Of a DNA stretch of 20,000 bases, positions 13,308 through 20,000 are shown piece by piece. Source of the stretch: an uncultured virus (IMG/VR IMGVR_UViG_3300035682_000007) (lineage: Duplodnaviria; Heunggongvirae; Uroviricota; Caudoviricetes); the IMG/VR virus record IMGVR_UViG_3300035682_000007; one strand, 5' to 3'. The position numbers were made by a program, and so were the translations under genes. The notes beneath the pieces were generated by a model. It was not told the DNA's origin. It worked only from the letters and a program-made list of their open reading frames with translations, and searched no databases. Position 1 is the stretch's first letter, and each line of letters starts with the position of its first letter.

Positions 13308-15185
13308 TTACCAATTTATTCCGTAACCATCTTGTTGTAATATAAAATATGTGTTTTCTTGTAGTATTAAATTATCATCTATAAACCCATATTTATTAGC
13401 TTCAGCTGCATAAGCATTTTGAATTTGACATAAAGACATATCACAAATATTAAATTTAAATTGTGATATTCCACCAATAAAACTACCAGCAAAATTTGTT
13501 TCGATTGGTAATCCTCTATCTGATAAATCTAAACCACCAAAAGTCTGACTTTCAATTAAACCTTGACTACCACCACCTAAACTAAAATTAAATGGAACGC
13601 CAACTTGTTTAGCTTTATATTCATCAAGTCTTTTACCAATAAATTCTGGGAAATTATACACAGTGAATTTTAACATACCATTAACATAAAACTTAAGTTT
13701 ACCATTTCTAGGTTTTGCTAATTTTAAATCACATTCTGATTTATTATCTGCAACATATTTAATCACTATATTATACCAATATCTAGGGTCAATTAAATTA
13801 GGTATTGAATAAGCTTCATGAACTGTAGCCCCAGTTATGTATTTTCTATCAGTACCATTTGTTACACACGTACCTGTAACTGTTAATAATCTATATCCAA
13901 TACTACCATCGGGTTTAATTCTAAAACCTAATGCGTTATCGATTATATCAATATTATAATCAATACTAGTTTCAGGTGTATTGCGGCCACTAAATGAATA
14001 TGTTGTTTCATTACCCAATCCATCACCAGGACCATTACATGTTCCAGTATCACCTGTTATTACTTTACCTGAACCTCTACCATAAATTAAAAATGGATTT
14101 TGCTCATTGGTTAATTTTTTTCTAACACTAGCAACTGGAATACCACCACCATTATAAGTATATACTGTTTGAGCTCCTAATCCATCAAGACTATTACCAC
14201 AACCATTATTAATATTATGAATATTTGGTGTTGAACCACTAGTATATATAAGATTAGAATTAATCCCAGATAATGGACTTGGTTTAGCATCATATGCTTT
14301 ACCATAAATTAAAAATCCGTTTGTAATTAAATCAATATCAGTTCTTGGTGGGTCTAAAGAAACACCAAGACCATAATCACCAGCAATAACTATTTCATTT
14401 TCTTTTGGTATTGTACACCATTCACTTACAGTTTCACCGCTTGTACAACCACTTGTGTTACAATCAACAGTACAACCAGTATCTGAACCCTCCCAAAGAT
14501 TCCAAAATTTATTTTCAGCACGAGTACCCATATAGAAGAAAAAACCACTATTATTTGGGTATGTATCATTAAGTATTGTATCACCTGCTGTTGCAAATTG
14601 TTTTGTAGTTAACCAAAATTCAGCTGTCCATGCATGATTAACTCTAGTTGGTAATATTTGATAATTAGAACCATCAATTTTATAATATCCTTGATAAAAT
14701 CCACCATAAAGACTAAGAAAATTTTCAATTAAAGGTGTTGATGGGTCTATAATTATTTCATGTGGGTATACATAATTACCTGTTGTACCTGTTACCATGT
14801 GCATATGAAATCTATTATCATTAGCTGGTATTGTCAATGTAGAACCTGTCAATGCTGATAATAAATCTAAATTTAATTTATCGTCAGGGTCTTTATCAAA
14901 AGTTATTAAACCATTATCAATACCTGTTAAACCAATAGTATCAAAAGTATAACCAGTATTTACCGAACCATTCCATGTTACAAGACTATAAATATTATTT
15001 GATGCGTTATCATTATATGTGTTTAAATTATTAAAATCGTACCATACAACAAAACAATCACCTGAAGATAATGGCCCACAATAAGGTGCAGGGCTCTCAT
15101 CGTTAGCTAAATAAAAATCCCAATAATCACTGTTGGATAATTTTAGGTTTAGTTTATTAAAGTTAAAATTTTTGATATTTCCCAT
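13308..15185 (-). CDS. LamG/concanavalin A-like domain structural protein (625 aa)
   Basis: WTAEFWL ... WYNIVIKY ... LKFYVNG ... FIGGISQFKF strands of a LamG-like fold split by a large Cys/Gly-rich insert; C-terminal ILQENTYFILQQDG repeat. Confidence 0.6.
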   Translation of the reverse strand: MGNIKNFNFNKLNLKLSNSDYWDFYLANDESPAPYCGPLSSGDCFVVWYDFNNLNTYNDNASNNIYSLVTWNGSVNTGYTFDTIGLTGIDNGLITFDKDPDDKLNLDLLSALTGSTLTIPANDNRFHMHMVTGTTGNYVYPHEIIIDPSTPLIENFLSLYGGFYQGYYKIDGSNYQILPTRVNHAWTAEFWLTTKQFATAGDTILNDTYPNNSGFFFYMGTRAENKFWNLWEGSDTGCTVDCNTSGCTSGETVSEWCTIPKENEIVIAGDYGLGVSLDPPRTDIDLITNGFLIYGKAYDAKPSPLSGINSNLIYTSGSTPNIHNINNGCGNSLDGLGAQTVYTYNGGGIPVASVRKKLTNEQNPFLIYGRGSGKVITGDTGTCNGPGDGLGNETTYSFSGRNTPETSIDYNIDIIDNALGFRIKPDGSIGYRLLTVTGTCVTNGTDRKYITGATVHEAYSIPNLIDPRYWYNIVIKYVADNKSECDLKLAKPRNGKLKFYVNGMLKFTVYNFPEFIGKRLDEYKAKQVGVPFNFSLGGGSQGLIESQTFGGLDLSDRGLPIETNFAGSFIGGISQFKFNICDMSLCQIQNAYAAEANKYGFIDDNLILQENTYFILQQDGYGINW

Positions 15186-15187
15186 AG

Positions 15188-17254
15188 TTAAAAGCTTTCT
15201 AAATTAGTGCGTTTCCATCCTGTACTACTCTTAATATATAAATAGTCATCATCTCTAGTAACGTTACCTAAATTCCCATTGGTGTCTGTTGAACCACTTG
15301 GTGTATAATTAGGTATTGTAATTTTATTAGGTATAAAATCATTATTTGTTACCCAATTTCCATTTTCGTCAGTAATTAATTCCGCACCTAAATCAACGCC
15401 CATCGCATGTAATACGGTTATACCACCACCAATGGCTGTTTCAACAGTACCACTATAATTTAAATCTATATTATTATCTTCAGCAAGTATTGTCTGTGTT
15501 TCTAAATGTGTATTGTTTGAAATTGTTATACCACTTGATAATTCTTTTACTGCTTCAACCAATAATGGAATTATTCCATCAATATGAAGACCCATATATC
15601 CATCAACTGGATTTGTAAATACAAGTCTAGAATCTATATTATTAACTTGTTGTGCGATAAAACCTAATCTAACAGCATCAGTTCCAGCATTTCTATCTTT
15701 CCATTGATATGATACACCTTGCAACGCATTAATTGTTAATAATGCTTCAGAAAGTGGTGTAATATTTTCTTTAAGTCTTTCGTCAGAAGTGTTTGTTGTT
15801 AAATTACCATTAGCATCAATTCTAATATCATTAGCAAAAGCTGTTGACCCAATTGTTTTAACATTTAATTGATTAACATATGTAGTGTTATCTGTTGTTC
15901 CAGTAATAAAACTACCTAAAACTATTGTACCAATTCCATTAGCTGTTGACCCAGAACCATGAACAAAACTAGCTGAACCACTAGCACTTGATGAAGCTCC
16001 ACCAGCATGACTATAATCACCACTAGCAATTGTCCCACTACCCTCTGCATGTGAACCTGAACCACTAGCAATTGTCCCACTACCCTCTGCATGTGAACCT
16101 GAACCACTAGAAATCGTTGTGTCACCCTCAGCGTGTGAGGCATAATTACTAGCGATAGTTTCTGTACCTTCTGCATGTGACCAGTCACCATTAGCTTGTG
16201 TATTACCACCTTCACTGTGACTACCATCACCATTAGCTTGTGTGTTTATACCTTCAGCATGTGAAACAAAACCAGTAGCTACTGAAAGATTACCTTCAGC
16301 ATGTGAAACATCACCATTAGCTTGTGTATAACTACCTTCTGCATGTGAATAAATTCCATGAGCTAATGTATTAACACCTTCAGCATGACTTCCATCACCA
16401 TTAGCTTGTGTTGTATCACCTTCAGCATGACTAGCAAAAGCATTAGCTATTGTGTTGTTTCCTTCACTATGTGAATCCTGACCATTAGCTATTGTGGCGT
16501 GTCCTTCAGCATGTGAATTATTTCCAACAGCTAATGAACCATTTCCTTCGGCAAATGCATAATCACCAGTTGCATCGACACCTGAATCGTTAATTGTTTT
16601 TATTGAATAATAACCTGTTGAACCAGAAACCCAATATTGATTAGTTATGGCTGAAATAGAACTCCAATTACCTTTACCTTCAGAATCTATACATGTAAAA
16701 ACACTTCCAATATTAGCATTATTTGTTATTATAAGGTCTTGAGTTCTTGTTATACCTGAAACATCATTCCATATTGTTCTACCAGTAAAATCAAGTGTTG
16801 ATGCTGAATAATAATCAACAAAATCACTTTGCACGCTACCAACATAATTTCCACCACCTAAATCGTACATAGCAATTGGTGTTAAATCAAAAGTAACTCC
16901 AGTATAAGCAGTTGCAACACTATTACCATCAATTAATACATAAGGATTACCAGTAAAACCTGATGCGTTTTGTGTGATACCAGAATTTATTGGTGTAATA
17001 GGTACTAAACTAGAAATTGCAGTTTCCATAAATGGGTCATACCACGTATAAACAGTTGTTGCTGAATTACCTGAAAAAGTACTTAATAAAAAAGTTGATG
17101 TGGATGTAAGCCCTGTTGTAGTTAAATTTGGTCCACTTGGTAATGAACTAAATGGTACACCAAATGATGTAGCACCAGATAAAACAGTAATTGTTTCTAT
17201 GTTTTGTTTAACTTGTCTATTGTTAGAAAAATCTAATTTTGTTGTAAATCCCAT
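15188..17254 (-). CDS. Trimeric tail fibre with YadA-head-like repeats and peptidase S74 intramolecular chaperone (688 aa)
   Basis: 14-aa SHAEG repeats; S74 signature SDERLKENI...GVSYQWK...GFIAQQV...IIPLLVEAVKEL starting at Ser490 (15787-15785); extra C-terminal domain. Confidence 0.85.
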   Translation of the reverse strand: MGFTTKLDFSNNRQVKQNIETITVLSGATSFGVPFSSLPSGPNLTTTGLTSTSTFLLSTFSGNSATTVYTWYDPFMETAISSLVPITPINSGITQNASGFTGNPYVLIDGNSVATAYTGVTFDLTPIAMYDLGGGNYVGSVQSDFVDYYSASTLDFTGRTIWNDVSGITRTQDLIITNNANIGSVFTCIDSEGKGNWSSISAITNQYWVSGSTGYYSIKTINDSGVDATGDYAFAEGNGSLAVGNNSHAEGHATIANGQDSHSEGNNTIANAFASHAEGDTTQANGDGSHAEGVNTLAHGIYSHAEGSYTQANGDVSHAEGNLSVATGFVSHAEGINTQANGDGSHSEGGNTQANGDWSHAEGTETIASNYASHAEGDTTISSGSGSHAEGSGTIASGSGSHAEGSGTIASGDYSHAGGASSSASGSASFVHGSGSTANGIGTIVLGSFITGTTDNTTYVNQLNVKTIGSTAFANDIRIDANGNLTTNTSDERLKENITPLSEALLTINALQGVSYQWKDRNAGTDAVRLGFIAQQVNNIDSRLVFTNPVDGYMGLHIDGIIPLLVEAVKELSSGITISNNTHLETQTILAEDNNIDLNYSGTVETAIGGGITVLHAMGVDLGAELITDENGNWVTNNDFIPNKITIPNYTPSGSTDTNGNLGNVTRDDDYLYIKSSTGWKRTNLESF
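15925..16575 (-). repeat. Coding 42-bp (14-aa) YadA-head-like repeat array, about 16 units
   Basis: 12 SH[AS]EG units plus degenerate flanks; exact 42-bp tandem duplication at 16019-16110. Confidence 0.9.
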
Positions 17255-17264
17255 AATTTAATAG

Positions 17265-17308
17265 TTTTATTATAAATATTCTAACTTTCCATTATATTTA
17301 TAATAAAA
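17265..17308. promoter_or_regulatory. Back-to-back candidate late promoters (15-bp inverted repeat, ATATTTATAATAAAA on each strand)
   Basis: TTTTATTATAAATAT (17265-17279) and ATATTTATAATAAAA (17294-17308), 14-nt spacer, 10 and 8 nt from the divergent ATGs at 17254 and 17317. Confidence 0.7.
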
Positions 17309-17316
17309 GATAAATT

Positions 17317-17796
17317 ATGGCAACTTTTAAAAAGAAAGATTTAAACGAACTAGTTGGTGGTGACATTAACTCTAGTGGTGGTGATAAAAATGCTGTTAGT
17401 AATAGTGAAATAGAAACAGGTCCTGTTGATAATCAATGGGGTGATAATTCTTACTATGAAAAGGGACAATCAACTACGACAGACAAAGTATTTGCTCGTT
17501 ATAGACAAAATATTCCATGGTTTGCGGTATATAGCTTTGGTGGCTCTCGTTCTGGTCGTGGTATTACAGCTGAAGGCACCAAAAAGGTCATCACTAAAAA
17601 AGCAATGGAAGAAAGAATTGAAGATTTAGTTAAAAAAACTAAAACATCTGACGTAACTGATAAAAATTATAATCCTAAAGTAGAAAAATTAATTGATACT
17701 ATAAATGATAATGATTTAACAGAAAAACAAATGGAAGAATTAATTGCTGCTATTCATGCAAAAAAAGTTAATCAAAACAAAACAAAAAACATTTAA
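17317..17796 (+). CDS. Hypothetical phage protein (159 aa)
   Basis: First gene of the plus-strand operon, preceded by the conserved motif; typical AT-rich codon usage. Confidence 0.8.
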   Translation: MATFKKKDLNELVGGDINSSGGDKNAVSNSEIETGPVDNQWGDNSYYEKGQSTTTDKVFARYRQNIPWFAVYSFGGSRSGRGITAEGTKKVITKKAMEERIEDLVKKTKTSDVTDKNYNPKVEKLIDTINDNDLTEKQMEELIAAIHAKKVNQNKTKNI

Positions 17797-17798
17797 AT

Positions 17799-18278
17799 AT
17801 GAATTCACAAATAAAAGATAAAAATTTGACTGATTCGGGTGATAATACAAAATCACACCAAGCGTATGCTCAAGAATTATCTAGACTTAAAGGTCCAAAA
17901 CAAATTTGTGATAATACAGATAATTCTGGTGCTGGATGTTTAGCAACACAAAAAAGATACAATGAAATTGAACATTTGGTTGGACATGCACGTGATGTGA
18001 ATTATAATAAGAAAAAAATAGCTATGGATACTGGAGCTGAAAACCAATTCCAAAAACCCAAAGACCCTACTGAAGTAGGTTTAGCTAAAGTAACAAAAAG
18101 TGCTGACCATTCTGGTTCTAGTGTTAAAGATAAAATAATGGGTACTCGTCAAATTAATAAAACAAAAGAAACACAAGATAAAATAATTAAAAACCCTAAG
18201 TCTTTATCTGAAGAAATTTCATCAATGAGATATTTAATAGAATACATGGATAACAATAACAAAAAACAAATATTATAA
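17799..18278 (+). CDS. Hypothetical phage protein (159 aa), possibly head-associated
   Basis: 2-nt gap from the previous gene; hydrophilic; C-terminal LSEEISSMRYLIEY helix. Confidence 0.75.
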   Translation: MNSQIKDKNLTDSGDNTKSHQAYAQELSRLKGPKQICDNTDNSGAGCLATQKRYNEIEHLVGHARDVNYNKKKIAMDTGAENQFQKPKDPTEVGLAKVTKSADHSGSSVKDKIMGTRQINKTKETQDKIIKNPKSLSEEISSMRYLIEYMDNNNKKQIL

Positions 18279-18281
18279 ATT

Positions 18282-18659
18282 ATGCCAACAAATTACAACG
18301 GTGGTCAATCACCACTAGAAGCTGCAGCAATTGCACAAAGAAACATTCTTATTCCAAAAAACACTTATAATAATTTTTCAAATTCTAATGAATATGGTGC
18401 TACACACACTAGAGCAATATCTGACACCAAAACACCAGTATATGGTAAAGGTTCTGGCCAATTCTTAGACATATATAATTACGCTGGTGTTGGTGGAGAT
18501 TGGGATATTAACGGTAACCAAGCTAATTCAATTGGTTCTGGTAGAAACCCAGAACTTACACTTAATGCTAGTACTTGGGGTTATGGACCATCACAAGTAG
18601 CAGGTACTAATTATAAACAACCTAATATGTCATTAAACGTAGGTCAAGTAATTATCTAA
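18282..18659 (+). CDS. Hypothetical Gly/Asn-rich phage protein (125 aa), probably structural
   Basis: 3-nt gap from the previous gene; co-oriented; no recognised family. Confidence 0.75.
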   Translation: MPTNYNGGQSPLEAAAIAQRNILIPKNTYNNFSNSNEYGATHTRAISDTKTPVYGKGSGQFLDIYNYAGVGGDWDINGNQANSIGSGRNPELTLNASTWGYGPSQVAGTNYKQPNMSLNVGQVII

Positions 18660-18668
18660 AAATCATAT

Positions 18669-19370
18669 ATGAAACTTTACAATATTTATACTAACCTTAT
18701 ATTAGAAAATATTAAACAAAAGATAGAACTTTTTGAAGGAGTATCTGGTAGTTTAATAGATACTGTATTAGCAGGTGATAATCAAAGACCTGGTAAACAT
18801 TATAGGGTAAACATTAGATATAAAAATCAAAAAGGTGAGGTTTCAAATCAATTTATTGAAATAAATCAAAAAAATATTTCATCTGCTGGTAATGGCTTGA
18901 TTGATGCAAGAGTATTATCAAAAAATGGTGTAGATTTACCTGATGATGTTTATAAAAAATTTAGACTTGATGGAATAGAAGATTTTAAAATTACTAAAGT
19001 TGCTTATTATAAACCTGGTGATAAAATGAGGACTGATGGAGGTAATTCTAGTAAAACGGTAAGTAGTGTAACTAATTATGCTGATTACGATTTTAAATAT
19101 GCTCCAAGTACGATTAAACAAAAAGAACGTAAAGCATCTCAATTAGCCGCTGCACAAAATGCACCAGCTCCAGTTCCGCAAGGTAAATCAATTACAGCAA
19201 CACCTGCACCAGTTCCAGCACCTAAACCAATTGTTAGGCCAATGAAACGAGTACCAGTTGCAAAACCAATAGTTAAAACAACAACTAGTGGAATAATAAA
19301 TAAACCAGAAATTGAACCTGAAGAAATAGGTTCAGAAGAGGAAGAAGAAGAAAATTTAAACGTAAGATAA
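18669..19370 (+). CDS. WYL-like domain protein with Pro/Ala linker and acidic tail (233 aa)
   Basis: RVNIRYKNQKGEVSNQFIEI...GN.LIDAR...YKKFRLDGIEDF resembles the WYL pattern (Y....G....R.IEP ... FRLDRI); no HTH in front. Confidence 0.55.
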   Translation: MKLYNIYTNLILENIKQKIELFEGVSGSLIDTVLAGDNQRPGKHYRVNIRYKNQKGEVSNQFIEINQKNISSAGNGLIDARVLSKNGVDLPDDVYKKFRLDGIEDFKITKVAYYKPGDKMRTDGGNSSKTVSSVTNYADYDFKYAPSTIKQKERKASQLAAAQNAPAPVPQGKSITATPAPVPAPKPIVRPMKRVPVAKPIVKTTTSGIINKPEIEPEEIGSEEEEEENLNVR

Positions 19371-19371
19371 T

Positions 19372-19974
19372 ATGAATCCAGCACCAGTAGTAATGACACC
19401 ACAGATGATAGCTCTTTTAGCTAAATCAAAACAGGTAATGAATAAATCATTAGCTGATTCACCAATTGCACTTAAAAATGTGGCACCAGCACTTAGCGAA
19501 TCATATGCTGTAGAAAGTACACCAATGTATAGTGAAAGTGATGAAAGAGAACCAAACTATAATGATTACACACCTAGACCATCTACTATTGCTCCACCTG
19601 AGAATTTCTCTAGAGAACATATTATGGCATCTAAATTACCAGCTAATATAAAAGAAGCTATGATTAAAAATCCAATAGCTAGACCTTCAATGAGTGGTAC
19701 TCTTTCACAAGAAGCTATTGAAGCTATTAATCCAAGTGCTCGTAAAGCTACACCACAACCTAGACAAATGGTTAGCGAAAATAGAGCAACAAAACCTGTG
19801 GATTCTGATTTAATAACTATTAGTAGAAGTGAACTAAAAGAAATTATGAATGAAACATTAGTAAGTTTTCTAAAAACAAATTATGAAAAAAGTCTTACTG
19901 AAGCTGCAATTACAAAAACAATTAATTTACTAATTAAAGAAGGTAAAATAGGTGTAAAAAAGAAAACACTTTAA
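19372..19974 (+). CDS. Hypothetical phage protein (200 aa), possibly prohead core/scaffold-like
   Basis: 1-nt gap from the previous gene; low-complexity Pro/Ser/Glu region; C-terminal ITISRSELKEIMNETL amphipathic helix. Confidence 0.75.
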   Translation: MNPAPVVMTPQMIALLAKSKQVMNKSLADSPIALKNVAPALSESYAVESTPMYSESDEREPNYNDYTPRPSTIAPPENFSREHIMASKLPANIKEAMIKNPIARPSMSGTLSQEAIEAINPSARKATPQPRQMVSENRATKPVDSDLITISRSELKEIMNETLVSFLKTNYEKSLTEAAITKTINLLIKEGKIGVKKKTL

Positions 19975-19980
19975 ATTAAT

Positions 19981-20000
19981 AAAAAAAAGGCCCATATGGG
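19981..20000. terminator. Probable intrinsic terminator, truncated by the window end
   Basis: A8-GGCCCATATGGG..., a palindrome centred on CATATG just after the stop at 19974; the right arm and T-tract lie outside the window. Confidence 0.6.

Noticed and set aside
15925..16575. CRISPR or non-coding tandem repeat; bacterial trimeric autotransporter
   Set aside because: The 42-bp units encode SHAEG repeats in frame. There is no signal peptide or C-terminal beta-barrel anchor, and the S74 domain and gene context indicate a phage fibre.
15922..19402. ORFs 15922..16233, 17426..17629, 18936..19142 and 19139..19402
   Set aside because: Frame-shifted or antisense shadows of repeats and low-complexity regions in longer genes.
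1..20000. Stop-codon reassignment (genetic code 15 or 4)
   Set aside because: All accepted genes end in TAA, but they are full length and tightly packed under code 11 with no in-frame TAG/TGA, so there is no positive evidence here.

Overview
Very AT-rich, tightly packed segment that looks like a large tailed (jumbo-type) bacteriophage genome, probably infecting Bacteroidota: there is an exact TTTG-N20-TAnnTTTG promoter in front of polB and no Shine-Dalgarno sequences. From left to right: a palindromic terminator; a family B DNA polymerase (minus strand) with a 358-aa LAGLIDADG intein inside catalytic motif C; a free-standing zinc-finger/HNH endonuclease in the opposite orientation; a minus-strand tail/baseplate/fibre module; and a divergent plus-strand cluster of small proteins, probably head-associated, one of which has a WYL-like domain. 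The fibre module holds a BppU-like protein, a fibre with 33 17-aa repeats, a 2OG-Fe(II) oxygenase, an Asn-rich mosaic beta-helix protein, a LamG-like protein and a YadA-repeat fibre with an internal S74 chaperone. A 14-nt motif, ATATTTATAATAAA, sits just upstream of three structural-module starts and is a candidate phage late promoter. All family assignments come from motif recognition by eye; no searches were run.
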